Counted from the first letter of the stretch, positions 25,000-38,829 are shown. The stretch: 61,308 nucleotides of DNA from Seison nebaliae (GCA_023231475.1 JALJEE010002077.1:1-61308); one strand, 5' to 3'. Translations and numbers: made by a program. The notes: generated from the sequence alone by a model not told the origin.

Positions 25000-25600
25000 T
25001 TCAATGTTTTCTCTTTTTCTTCCACAACAGACGACGTGTCTATCAACTATATGATACGCCACCGCCCAACGTGTAATAATATCACATATTTTATTATTCC
25101 AATGGAAGTTGCGATCTATCTCCCTCATTCCTTACATAATCATTTCTCACACTCAAACGTATAAAGTTCGACCTTGAAACTCTTCAGTTCTCCTTCCCAT
25201 GTTCATCAAAAAGAACAAGAATATATTCTTCTACTTCCCATATATTTGCCAAGACAACAAGCTAAAATTTTTACTTAGAATTTGCGACATCACAAATATC
25301 GGGTATGGAACCGGAACTTCGGTTCCATGATAATTATTCATCGTCTCATCAATTCTCAAAGGAATAAGGAAAATAAATATACTAAATTACTCCTCCAACC
25401 GTTCATCAACTTATTATTCAACAATCGCAAATAAACATTAAGGAAAAATAATTATATATTTATATAAAACTTCAAGTGGCCAATTTTAATAGATTTGATT
25501 GTTTCCTATTATGCTCCTCCCAATAATCCTTTAAATTTACCATTATTTACGATAAATTTCTTCAATGTGAAATTTTTGTTGAAAATTTATGATGAGTCAT
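25000..25600 (-). mobile_element. Possible decayed Ty3/Gypsy RT N-terminal relic
   Basis: Frameshifted EIDR...GII...WAVA fragments near 25030-25125; very degenerate. Confidence 0.25.
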
Positions 25601-26584
25601 ATTGTCTCTCCATGATCCATTGAGAAATCTGTACGAATCCATAAAGATACTGTACATAATAACTTCATCCAATGTACTTCTCTCTTATAATCATCTTTCC
25701 CCTTTTTCCTAATAATAACATGAACTATAATTCGATTACATAAAATGAGACTTATAACGACATTAATCAGTAACATAATTTATGTTAATATTAGACCGAT
25801 TATTAAAAACATTGTGCAAAATATTTCCAAAAAAATATCAAAACAGAAAGATGATATTTTTTATACAATGTAAACATACATGTGGGAAGTAGGACAATAT
25901 ATAACTTAAAATGCTACAAATATCTATGACTAAGGCTTATCTTATTATTTGTTTATGAATTTTGATGGTTAAGATACTTCTTGTAACAAATAACAGATAA
26001 CTTATAATAATGTTTTTACATTTGTTTAATATTTTAATATTTTTTTGTTAGTTATCTTCAACTGCAACGACTTTTGACAAAGAATCACACATAAATTAAT
26101 TGTAATAACTTTTATGAGCTTTATTACCAACATAATAATTGTTGAAATGTCGTAAAGAATGAATTATTTCTTCTTGGAACTTTGTTTGAACTTCATAAAT
26201 TTCTAATAAATTCCGTTAATATTTTGGGCAACGCAGGCATATAAACAAAATCGAGTTCTATAACTAAATGAGACTATTGTTGAGATTATTGTTTTGATGG
26301 AACTAATAAAACAAATTGTTATCTATCAAGTTTTTTATCGAGTTGGTTGGTGACTGGGAATCTTGCTAGACTAATATATATCATGATATTTACTAAAATA
26401 TTGGATCAAAGACTGACTTTTAGTCGATTAGCAAATGGGGCGTATTATAAAAAGGAATCTTAAATGTTTATTGAGAATGAGAAGAAATTTGAATTAAAAA
26501 TTTTAGCCTTCTCAAATTTACAGCATCAGAAATTTGTTATAAATTAAGTTTGATAAAATTCTCGATTCCTTTTCGTTAAAAGAA

Positions 26585-26752
26585 ATGCAATATTGGAGAC
26601 AAGCTGGAATGAATTACGTCCAATTCTCAGCAGTATGTGCAAGAATTGTTCGTCGTTGCCTTAAACCAGATCTGCAAAAGGCAGCAATGAAGAATGAGCA
26701 GTCACATATCAAGATTACTCAATGGAAAGATGGGAAAGCAGTGAAACAATGA
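26585..26752 (+). CDS. ATP5F1E: Mitochondrial ATP synthase F1 epsilon subunit (55 aa), not in the ORF track
   Basis: MQYWRQAGMNYVQFSAVCARIVRRCLKPDLQKAAMKNEQSHIKITQWKDGKAVKQ* has the WRQAG.NY...CA..VR..LK signature. Confidence 0.95.
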   Translation: MQYWRQAGMNYVQFSAVCARIVRRCLKPDLQKAAMKNEQSHIKITQWKDGKAVKQ

Positions 26753-26920
26753 AAAAATTGACTTTAGTTCATTAGTTGAAGAGAAAGATGGAAGAAAATT
26801 CATGAAAATACTTTATTTCTCTTAATTATTATATTTCTAAATAAACGTTCATTTCTTCTATTTCCATAGAACGGTTTTTTTTAAGGAATAAATCAGTTTC
26901 AATTAATCGAATAATTAGTG

Positions 26921-27133
26921 ATGGGTGAAACAGAAATACCTCCAGAAGTTCGAAAGAATTTGGTTGGATTCCAAAAATATTTCAATTCGTGGACAACTCA
27001 AGGAAGATTGAATGTTAATTTTATTTTAAACTTTTTAATTATTTTATTATTGTAGATTGTACACGCCACATTGGGACTATCAGCTGCAACAATTTTATAT
27101 TTCACCGTTTTCCGACGATCATCGAAAAAATGA
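26921..27133 (+). CDS. ATP5MK: ATP synthase membrane subunit k/DAPIT (USMG5); intron 27014-27055; not in the ORF track
   Basis: MGETEIPPEVRKNLVGFQKYFNSWTTQGRLN/IVHATLGLSAATILYFTVFRRSSKK* matches the G..KYFNS.T..GR.N...AT.G DAPIT motif plus one TM helix. Confidence 0.9.
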
Positions 27134-27881
27134 AGGAAATGAAAATGACAGAACTAAAATAATTTTATTTGAATAATTATTAAAGTAGAATTTGATAAAT
27201 ATTTCATGAAAAATTTCTTCTAATTAAAAGAAAATTTAATCGAAAATCGAATTTTCATTTAAAATAATTCTAGAAAAAAAAAGAATAAAAAATGTTTCTT
27301 TTTTTCGTGCAAATTCCCATTAATTATTGTGAAAGATAAATGAGACATTTAGTTGGTTGATTAGTGATTTTAGTACAACATTTATTTATCGCGAATAGAC
27401 AATTGTTAACGATTTCTTGTCAAGAGAAGGTTACAAGTACTTTTCCTGGGTTGTCAAGTTGAGAAGTGATTGAGATAATAAAAAGAAGAATCGTTTCTTT
27501 CTTCGGGAAAAAAGTGAAACTGGTTATTTGGCAGCCGGTGATGACACATAATGAGTTAATGGATATTTATAGAGGAATGAGAAGGGAATTTCTCTCACAA
27601 ATTTCTCTTCTTCCATCGGGTAGTTGGAGCGGCTTCATTTTATCGATTGACCCTCAGAAAAAGTGTTTGTATCTGAATTGTTGACGAGAATATAATAAAT
27701 TTTCGTACATAAACAGAACTATTAGTTCATCGATAAATTTTGTTAATTTCTTTCTCCTAGTTCTCCTTTAAAATACTTTGATTTTTTCCTTTCTGTTTCC
27801 ATTTTATACGGAATCAGTGTATTGGTTATCAACGAAAATTTTTCATATTTTCATTCGAAAGAAGTATTGGAAATAGTTAAA

Positions 27882-29795
27882 ATGAAATTTCAAATAACAA
27901 TCGTTTGTCTTCTCTTGAACATTCTAGCGAGTTGTCTTTATCTTCTTAATTGGAATGTAATTTTAAATGAATTCCAGTTTATTGTTCGAATGAGAAACGA
28001 CATGAATATATGGAGAAGCATCGACATGAACATCATAAACGAGAAAAGGTAACTGCCGATCTGAACAAGATTCGAGAACAATTTCAGGAGAATGATAAGA
28101 GAGAAGGAAAACATCCGAAAAATGTTCGATTAATTGGACGAGCACTAAATGAGTTGAGTGATTTGGAGAGAATTTACAGAGAAATAAATGAAGAGAAGAA
28201 TGAAGAGAAACGTGAAGAGAACGAGGTAGATGAACCATCGTTACCTGGAGAAGATGTCCCCAAAAAGGAGAAACGACGGGAACGTCGAAAACAACATTTG
28301 GCGAAAAGAGCAATGGAAGAACTTCATGAATTAGAGAGAATGTTTAGGGAAATTCAAGTTGATAACAATTTGTCTGATTCAGAAATTGAATCGGCGAAAA
28401 GAGAAGCATTAGAATTGAATGAACCATCAGTACCAATTGATACTATAGCTCGACACTACGAGAATAGTAAACGAGGTTAACCATTTAAATATTTCGAAAA
28501 AATTCATATTTTCATCTTTAAATATTTCTTCTTTTAGCTGTCGCTTGTCCGAAAGATGATCAAATACCGAAATCTTGTTTCTTTGCCATACCCAGCGTAC
28601 AATGTAAAGACAGCCGTTTCAAAGCTAACTGCCCAACCGTTTGTGGCACGGACTGTTCATTCTCATTAGCTGAATCGAAAATTCCAAATCAGAAGAATTG
28701 TCCATCCGAATATAAATTACTTAATAGATACACATACATGAAATATAATCAGACACATACCGCTTGTCTACCTAAAAGTTCGAAGTACAAAAGTCAAGCA
28801 ATGACTGATGCTACAAAGAAGGAGATCATCGATTATCATAATAAAATCCGAAAACAGGTTTCACCTCATTCGACTGATATGCAAGAAATGGTATGGGATG
28901 AAGATCTCGCTAAAATTGCTGCCGTTCATTCTACTCAATGTAAATTATATCATGATTGTAATGATTGTCGAGCAACAATTACTAAAGATAGAGGAGTCAT
29001 TTTACCAGGACAGAATGGTGCTTCAGGATATCCCGAATGGGCGAAAGCTATGGCTGGTTGGGCGAGTGAAGTTCAATATTGGAAATTTGGAACTGGTGCA
29101 ATTGCTGGAAAGGATTGGCATAATATTGGTCATTATACACAAGTTCAGAATAAATACTCTTATTTTTTTTAATTGTTCATTAATATTTGATAGATGATCT
29201 TCGCCGATTCCACACGTGTCGGTTGTGCCATGAGCTCATGTGATGGACGACCATCGAAAGTTTATTATTGTAATTATGAGAAATTGTTTGTTTTCTTCTA
29301 AAAATTTTATTTTGTAAATGTTTCAAATATTTTAGTCAAGAAGGTGTTGCAACACCATATTTCGATGGGGAGAAATGTGAAGATTGTGAAAGTAATTGTG
29401 GAGCCGATATCTGCCAATGTAATGGAAAGACATGTGTTCATGGATTTCTGGATTTGGAAGCATGTGAATGTGAATGTGATGATGGATGGTCTGGAGAGAC
29501 GTGTTCAAAATTCCGTTGTGGTGCCGATTTCTGTATGCACCGAGGAATGCCAAATGGCGATTGTAAATGTATGTGCAGTGGTCAAACAACTGGAGCGAAA
29601 TGCGAGAAATGTTACTAAATTTATTTTATTCAATTTTAAACTTTTAATAATAATTTTTCAGTTAACTGTGACAAGAAGGATGCTTCAACATGTAAATTGA
29701 CTGAGACGGAAAAGACGAATGGTGTCGCACCGAAATTCTCGAACGCTTGCATTCATATGACGGCAATGTGCGGACATTTTTGTGGTAAGTGCTGA
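27882..29795 (+). CDS. Secreted CAP/SCP (venom-allergen-like) protein with propeptide, ShKT-like and EGF-like Cys-rich domains; introns 27931-27977, 28476-28537, 29143-29193, 29286-29335, 29611-29661
   Basis: Signal peptide; CAP motifs HNKIR, MVWDEDLA, GHYTQ/MIFADSTRVGCA and YYCNY; ShKT-like ends CPTVCGTDC and MCGHFCGKC. Confidence 0.85.
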
Positions 29796-31636
29796 AGAGA
29801 ATGATATAAGTCAAGACGATTTTCACAATGATCTCACAACGGGCACTATCTCATAAGAATAAGATCAGATAAATATCAGAGATATTAAAATGATAATATG
29901 AAGAGATTCAATGCGAGATTCATCATATGAGAATCGTCGTTGACGAATAAATAAAGAAATTTCATTTCGCTTCTTCTTTTCAATTGATTCCTTCTGTTTT
30001 TCTCAAAACTCTTCTTTTTTTCACTTCATCGACTCTTCAAATTTTCCATGCGAATGTGAAGAATTTTGTATATTCACTTCGTTTTTCATAAATGGATCCT
30101 TACACTTCCATTTACAAATGTAAATGAAGTTAAATATTTCTGTAATGAAAATGAGTGATCATCATTATCATCATAACAACAATGATAGTTGCCCCTCAAA
30201 TGAATAGTATAATAGGGAGCAATGCTGATAATGATGATAATGATAATAATAATCATTATTATTATTATAATTATACTGCTTCCAAATCATTATTCTAATG
30301 ACGATAATGCTTCTTTGCCATTTTTCGTACGTTCATGAGAAATGAAAGAGTCTACAACAAAACTAACGTAATTAGAGATGATGAGTAAATAGCATATCAA
30401 AAAAATGATGAGAAGAAAATGTTGGCGATGCAAAATTTCCTTTATTTCGATCATCATTTTCAGGAAGAGTATTAAGAGAACTTACCGACTCTTCCTCTCG
30501 ACATCGACGGGTGAACCATCATCAACATTTCCAATTTTCTGTTCAAGAAGATGAAAGTTGGGAAATAATCAGGCGTCTCTCCTCAAAAATGTTCATTGAC
30601 GTCGAAACATAAATTACGGTAAAGTTGGAGAAGACGAAAGTTGAAGGAAACGAAAAAGTTAAAAGGAAATAATTGCGTAAAATAGTTGATAAGAAAGGAA
30701 CCAATAAGTTGTATGAAACAATCCACAAAACTCATTTCGAATCAAGTTAAGAAGATGAAAAAAACGAATGAGAATAAACGAAACATAATCATAAAGAAAC
30801 ATTGTTAATCGATTGATGAGTCGTTTGGTTGATAAAATGTATCTGCTTCATCATCATCCTTCTTCTCATAATTCACACAATAATTTTGACATTGTCATTA
30901 AAACGTTTTACACTTCTGTCATACTTCTTTAGCTGACGTCCCATTTGAAAGTGATCAGCAATGATGAACGACATCAATTAATCGACGGAAAGTTTCTAAC
31001 GAATAAAAGATACATGTCAAAATAATAATCAGTTTATGAAGTCATGATCCTCTTCACTTACCTCGTCCAAAGGTAATAAGATATGCAAACGCATCTAGTT
31101 AATGAGAAATCTCAGATTTATTTCATCATTTACAATGTCTCAATTTCTCTTTTCACTTCTTGTGATATGAACACATCGACAAATATTGATCAGTTCAATT
31201 TGTCTATAATCGTAAAATTTTTCTAGTCTATTGTTTTAATGCGAAGAAGTGAGAAAGAATTTTATTTCGGTATAATCATCGTAAATTTATTAGCAGAGTA
31301 AATGAAATGATATTTCAGTTTCAAGTAATCTATTTAAAAAATGACGTAAGTCGTCACCTATTCTGCACGTTTGAGAAGTTTAAGGCAGAAGAAGACTTAT
31401 CTTAAAATTATTGTACATTCTTCTTCTCCTCAAATTACTTTGTCCTTGATTGATACATTCTATTTTCATTAATCATTAATACATATTATTTGAAAAAGAA
31501 GGAACCTACTTAAATGATTCTCAAATGATATCATCTACTTCTCATCTGACAAAAGTTGTGAAGAAGATGTTTATCGTTAAAAACTACATATTTCCTAATT
31601 CCCATCTATCATTTATAGTTAGTGCTTCGGTTCGTC

Positions 31637-34157
31637 TCAATGTTTCGACTGTTTAACCATTTCAAGAAGTGTCGGATGATTGCTCGCTAAAATTAACTTA
31701 TACTCCGTTTGAATTTGTCTTCGACCATCGGCTAATGCTTGACTATAACATTTCTGCTTTTTTGCCCCAACATCTCCTTTTGTCGAAATATATTTTTCTC
31801 TTATAAATTTCGCATTGGCCTATAGTTAATTCGAATTAGATCAAATATCTCAAATAAAAGAAACAAGAGAACTTTGAAATCGCGCAATTTCATCGGATCA
31901 CAATATTCGGCCGGTATTGGAGAGTCGGTTGTAAGGAATTTCAGGTTGTTCCTTCTTGCTTCCTTTTCTTTCTCCACATCCGCCGGCTTTTTTGCAGATT
32001 GTGATTTAGATAATCCTGAAGGTGCTCCTATTTTTTTTGAAATCGGAGGTTTCCTTATGGGCAATTGGGACAATTTTCGTCCACGCTCAGATATTGGTTT
32101 CCCTAATTGTGAAGTCGATTTTCTTACTTGAGATGGCTGTTTTCGAAAGTTAGAAGGTGACATTCCAAGTCTAGATCTCGATGTTCCCAGTTGAGATGTC
32201 GGTTTCCCCATTTGGGATATCGGTTTTCCCAGCTGAGACGTCGGTCTCCCTCGTTGAGATACAGATCCTCCTAGTTGTGATGTCGGTCTCCCTCTTTGAG
32301 TTGCAGATCCTCCTAGTTGAGATGTCGGTCTCCTTCGTTGAGATGCAGATCCTCCTAATTGAGATTGTGGTCCTTTCCGTGGAGACATTGATGTTCTAAG
32401 TCGAGATGCAGTTCGTGCTCCAAGTTGAGACATCGGTTTCCCAAACTTAGATGATGTCTTTTCCAATTGAGATGGTCCTCTTATAGAAAAAGATGTCCTA
32501 CTTCCAAACTGTGAATTTTTTCGAATCGAATCTGAATAAAATTTCTTATTGGTATCGAAAGACGGCTTCAAACTTGCATTGCCAATGACAAGTGAAGTTG
32601 TATTTCTCGTACTAGATTTTGTAGAATTTCGACTTACCGGTTTGGCTGTACTTTTCATGGTACTACTATAATCCTTCGTTCGCAGATCAGACTTTGATAC
32701 ATTTATGGACACTTTAGAATATTTCGTCCCCTTATTTTTACTCGAATCGATGGATTCTCTTTGTTCATTCCTTTTATCTTCTGCCGGTTCTTTAGTTTTC
32801 ATTTTCTTTTTGTCGTCGTCAATCTTCTGTTTAACATCATCTGGTTTAGGACTATTAGTGGAAATAGAGTCAATATCGGTCTCTTCACTGAAATTCTCTA
32901 TATAACTAAGACTATGCTTTTTGGACTTTCCACGTCCATAGCCCATGATCGATAACGTTCTTCTTGTTGATTTTTCACTTCGGGCAAGAGTGCTAACACT
33001 CTCCTTTGCAATTATCTAAGAAATTTGTATTAGGTTATATTTTCAGAGTGATTAACATTATTGATCAACGGATTGCGTTTCATCGTATCATCTTCATAAT
33101 ACAAATCTCCTAGTGCACTTAGTGCTGTAATACGTGCTTCGGGATCAAGTTTCAAACAAGAAAAAATTAATTTTGACACATTTCCTAATGGTCTCAAATA
33201 CTCATTCACCGATTTACCACTTGTTAAATCAAATTTTAGAGCATGAATCAAATTTGTGTTTCTCAAATTCTTTTGCATGTGAACAGGTAACGGTCCTGTG
33301 ACAAATAAATAAAATATTTATAATTCTTAATAATTACACTTAAATAATGATGAACCGAATATTTTGAGAATTTGATAAATATGATCGATTGCTGATGTGG
33401 CCTCTATCAGATATTTCGAGGTACATAATCGATAGACTATGATACCCATTGCCCAGATATCGATCTCACTGAAAATCTTAATAAATTTATTTATTATTCT
33501 GAAAAGAAGAACCTTCCGTATCGATAAACGCCAACTAGAACTTCAGGTGCTCGATACATACGTTCCGTAACATATTCCGTTAGAAATCCTTCACTTCCTT
33601 TTCTGGAATAATACAATCCACTCAACTTCACTAATTTATCGGGAAACATAAATATGTTTGTACAAGTGACATTCCGATGCATTATCTGAATATTATGATA
33701 AATGATTAAATTATGAAACGATTTGAATGAAAATGAAAATTATTAAAAATTAATAATTTAACTAACACCATTTTCATGTAGATATCCCAAAGCAAGAAAT
33801 AATTGATAACTAATCATACGACAATCCAATTCAGAGAAATCAATTGTCCCTTGACAATCTTTATACAATTCCTCCAATGTTCTATGAGGTAATTCGAGAA
33901 TAAGATACAACATATTATTCTCAATAAAAGAGTCGAGTAATTTTTGGATATTTCGATGATTTATTTCCTTAAAGAAACTTCACGATAACGACAATAAGAG
34001 AAGAAACTTGCATAATTCCGATATTACCTTGATCGGCCTCGAAAGCCAATTCAAATTCGTAAATTTCTACTAAAAGTTCAGTTGTCAAATTAACACCACG
34101 AGATCGGAGAACCGTTTCCTTAATTTTCTCATCACTAGTAATCTTATAATTGAACAT
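31637..34157 (-). CDS. CDKL/CMGC-like pseudokinase with long basic Ser-rich tail; introns 33968-34007, 33686-33766, 33469-33512, 33296-33355, 33016-33056, 31820-31872
   Basis: The spliced frame gives NHRNIQKLLD, YLHENG/IMHRNV, TEYVTERMYRAPEVLVG, IDIWAMG and CLKLDPEARITA, and joins in frame to the 31801..32946 ORF. Confidence 0.8.
32180..32375 (-). repeat. Coding 42-bp (14-aa) tandem repeat SQLGGS(A/V)xQRGRPT
   Basis: agatcctcct recurs at 32263, 32305 and 32347, a period of 42. Confidence 0.9.
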
Positions 34158-34508
34158 GTTCTCTCGAAATGTTCGTGATTATCATATGGTTAATAATGAA
34201 GATAATTTTAATAATAAAATGTGTATTAGAATTATCGTCAGTAGAATAAAATTAGAATGAAATGAAAACGATCAAGGAGAAAGTTACTTTGAATTGGTCT
34301 GACTGAAAAAATTAAAATTTTGATTGAAATTTTATTATCAAAACGTTTTTTTATTTTGTTAATTAAATTTGAATTGAATTATCAATATTTTGTACATCTA
34401 CCATGGAAATGGGGCAAAGTTGAGTGTGACAGATGAGAAAAATAATAAATTGAATTTAATAATTAAAATGTTAATTTAAAATTTCTCTGTAAGAAGTTTT
34501 CTGCTCGT

Positions 34509-37500
34509 CTATTCCATGTCCATGGGTTTATCATCAATTTTTGAGAGAGTATTCGGAGAAGAGTTTTGTTCTGTGCATGTTATATCGTCGTCCAACACAA
34601 TATTGCAGTTGGTAGAATGGCAGACGTTAAGCATATGTGCTGCCATTTCACTTCCAGTTTGATTTCGATAGAAACATGTGCCACATTCGAGAGTTACACC
34701 ATAATCGATGAGTGGTTGTGTCTCAACATATTTGCAATGTTTCTTCGTTGACCATCGACTACTCTTTGTTGATTTATTGACAATCAATGCATTATCAGTT
34801 TTCGATAAAACATAATTGGGATTCTTATCTAATAATTCACGATAATGACGAGGAGATAATTCACTTTGATGAGATCTTGGCAAATGATGAGCTCTCATGT
34901 GATGAGTAAAAGCATTGAGACATCTTGTTCGATATCGAATATAACCGTTTGTCTTACAATAAGGACATGAAAATAAATATCTGAAAAAATGAGAAAGAAT
35001 AGAGAAAAAGAGAAAAAATTAAATAAACTTAATATGATCATAATTGAGTGCATCCATATTACATTCGATACAAACGAATAATTTTTCAATTTGCTTATCA
35101 GCTACAGTTCGAATTGATGATCGTTGAAATGCTTTCGATTTCCTTTCTCTTCGACGTTGTTTCACATGGGTATCGAATTCTTGAGATGTCGATTGATCTG
35201 TCCCATCATCTTCTACCAAGAAATGACTCTTCTCTTCATCATTCAATAATTGATACAACGAATACATATCTAATTGAGAGTCCTCTAAAACTCCATTTCT
35301 ATTATTAACAGAAATTCTTAATTCTTCATGATTCTCCTCCAAATCTTCACAACGATTCCCCACTAATTTAAAAGAATTTGAAAAATATTTTTTTCGATAA
35401 GAACAAACCTTTGAATCTCCTATCAAGAGAAAATGAATCAAGAATAGCAGAATAAACTCTCATGTGCACTTGAGAATACCAAGCATCGATCTTGAAATCG
35501 ACCGTAAATTTTCTGATAATTTGACTGAATGTTTCCTTCCGTTGCTGACGACGTAAATCCAATTTAAGTTGTTTAACTATTTGTCCTGTTTCAATATCAA
35601 TCGATCGGTCTACTCTTTTCACCGTACCGATTAACATTAATTTGATCTTTTTGAATTGTTGATCATCAATCGAATATTCTAAAGGTAGACGACACCAATG
35701 TTGTAGGACCATATGAGATAGAAGAGCATTAACTGCATCGCCACATCTATAAACGTTCGATACCGGACTCGTAAATTTCATACAGAATAAACAAATTAAT
35801 CTTGGAGAATTATCGTGTTTCAACATCCAATGATAAAGAATATCATCATAGAATGGAGTGTAAAATCGACGAGTAGCAGTTGGAGTGATCATTCTTGGAT
35901 TTTCACACGAAGCACAACAATAAAGGGCGGGAGGCGGTTCACAATTCTCATTCAAACGAACTTTCAATTCATAATCGGCACGATTGGAATCTTTGTGATA
36001 TTCTCTCAAATGTATCAACAATTCTTCTCGATGATAACCATGGAAACGATGGAAATCGGAACCATAAACTTTTCTGTCATAAATTAATTGAACTTTCTTA
36101 TCTGTAAACAGATTGGGAGCATTAAGACATAAACGACAATAGAAATATGCATCTTTTCGATCAGCTGTATTCACATAATAATATTCATCACAATCTGATC
36201 TTAATGGTGGTATGTCAATGAGATCTTTCGATTCCAATTGATTATATAAATCTTTCGTCAAAGGTAAATGTTCCGCAGAATGCATCATATCTTCATGAAG
36301 AATTCGAACGAGTGGCGATTTAAATTGTAATCCACAAAAACATGTTCTTAATAAATTCATGGAATCATTCAATTTTACATCCTTAATTGGCATAACAGGA
36401 AAGAATTGAGGCAATTTCACTTCGTACGTCTCATCCAAATGTTTCTCGATCTTTTCTTTAATATCGTTGATAGAATTGAATAAAATATTCATTTCATTTC
36501 CGTCTTCATTCACATCGTTCGAATATTCCTCAAAGAATTTCAACAACAAATGATGAGAGAGATATGATATTCGTTTTCTCTTTAATTCATCGAAAATATA
36601 TTTAATTTTCTTATCGTTAGAAGAAGGAAGAAAATGTTTCATGAGAACATGTTCAGTTAATCGAATACTTCCTATCACCGTCTCACCACAACTACTACAA
36701 TTGAATTTGGGAAGTTTTTGTGTTTGTAACGATTGAGTATAAATGTATGAGCGAGTATAATATAATTTGAGATCTTCAACAAAATTTTGATGTGGTGCAC
36801 TTAATGCCAAGAATGTTGCATGAAGTTCTCGAAGTTGTGCATCATGGTCCATTGGATCGACTGATGAATTGAATGGAATTCGATCTTCTTTCACTTTCCT
36901 ATCTGTTTCCATTTCATCATCTTTTTCATCCTCTGTTTTAATGTGATGATTTGTTGATAATTTCTCATCATTCTTTATATCGACATCATGCTCACTCATC
37001 AATGCATCTATTTCACTATAGGAAGCATTACTCTTTGTTCTTTTATCCGTCATTCCCATTAATTCATCAACTTCATCACAATGATCGTCATGGATCGATG
37101 AATAATTATCTCCTCCACTATTGGAGAGTCGATCCATTGATTGAAATTTCCTTTTAAGTGTTCGACTTAAAATGTGAGAAGTAGCATAATTCGAATCATC
37201 ATCATCGATAATCTCATTCATTCGAATAATGGAATTTGGTTGATTATCATAAAATAATTTCTGATCTTCACTCACTTCCTCCACTTCACAATCCATATTA
37301 AGATTAACATATTTATCATAAAAATCATCATCGATCTCTTCCATGCGATAAATGGATATTGGTGTTTTCCGTTTCTTCAATTGATGTTCCGGTCCCATAT
37401 GATTAGAGAGATAGGCAGCCGAACTGGATGCAAATCCAACATTCTCATAAATATCCGTTTCTTCTGTTTCCTCTTCTCGTTTTCTATTGAGACTTTCCAA

Positions 37501-38010
37501 TGGATCAAATACTCCAACATAACGTCTCGTCCTTTGTCGTCTCTCTCGTTTAGATCGAGTATTTTGAGACGGTCCATTCCAATCAGCATATTCTTCTCGA
37601 TATTCATTTCCCTCTTCATCTAGACGACGATGTTTCCTCAAATTCATGTCATGATGAAGGTCATCCTCATTCTCATCATTCTCATCTCCATCCAAATTAT
37701 TCTCCAGATAATAACGATCTTGTGAATGATGTAGTTGTTGATGTGGACTACCATCAATAAACTCATCATGATATTTTGATTTGAATCGATGTCGTTCATC
37801 CCCTTTCTTCTCATGATACACAGATGAAATATTTCGACGATTGTCAGAAAAGCTGTCGCGATGCGAAGGTCGTTGAAGAGATTGTGTTCGATATGAAGAT
37901 GGTGGAAGTGTCACTCCTCCTCGAACAAAATAGTCAGATTTCCTTTCTCGGGAATAATATCCAATTTCACGTTGACTATTGTCCATCAAATGACGCGTCG
38001 TATCAACCAT
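34509..38010 (-). CDS. Multi-C2H2 zinc-finger nuclear protein; introns 35363-35408 and 34981-35028
   Basis: Spaced fingers CSSC...HVLMKH, CRLC...HLREYH, CASC...HWMLKH and CLFC...HMVLQH. Splicing restores CPYC...HMRAHH and CGTC...HMLNVCH. Confidence 0.75.
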
Positions 38011-38826
38011 GCCAGTTTGGTACCTTTTATTTAGAAGTCAAGCTCTATAGAAAGAATCTTTCTTATTTTTTTAAATTCGTATACACACTTAGGAATGAAC
38101 AGCCTATTTTTTCTATATCGAAGATCAAATACAAAGAGAAAGGGAAACTAATAAATGAGAACATCAAACAATCAATGACAGAATACAATGAGAAAAGGAA
38201 ATAATTCCTTAATAATTTCGGGAAAATCGTCTTTTCATTTTTTCTCTCTCCCTCTCTCTCTCTCTTTTACACTCTCTTCACATCATGACTCATTACACGT
38301 AAAGAAAAGGAAAGAAATAAAAATTCGGATAAAATGACTTATTTGTGGAAGAGAAATAAGTTCATAAAATTACCTTTTACATCTATCGCACAAATTCGAT
38401 TTCCTAGAGCTCTTTAGATTATTAGAGAAATCAAACTATCGGCTTCATAAATTAAATAACTTTCACTCGAAATACCACTGACCACTGTTGTTGTTAACTA
38501 TTTCATAAAGTGCAATGAATTGAATTAATATTTATTAAATCATTTATTTATCCTGTGTATTATTAATGATTGATAGACAGGAGATTTATTACTCGCCTCT
38601 TCCAACCACACTAGATAGTAACCAAATTATACAATGACGCAATCGGAAGATTATTTAAATTATAACCATGTTCTTTCGATATCTAGGGCAAAAACTTTCT
38701 ACTTCTTCCGCCTAACAACTGTGCATTTACATGTCAATTAGTCTTATTCGAAATTGGCTTCTTGGCACATGGTGAAGAAAAAATTTATCACTTATCCATG
38801 TGTCAATATGAGTATGTATTGACATG

Positions 38827-38829
<3 letters not shown>

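Noticed and set aside
25305..25328. 9-bp hairpin atggaaccg-N6-cggttccat
   Set aside because: It is a single short stem with no ncRNA context and lies in a probable TE relic.
29960..30760. Short low-complexity ORFs on both strands between the CAP gene and the pseudokinase
   Set aside because: There is no recognisable domain or consistent exon chain. A small gene cannot be excluded.
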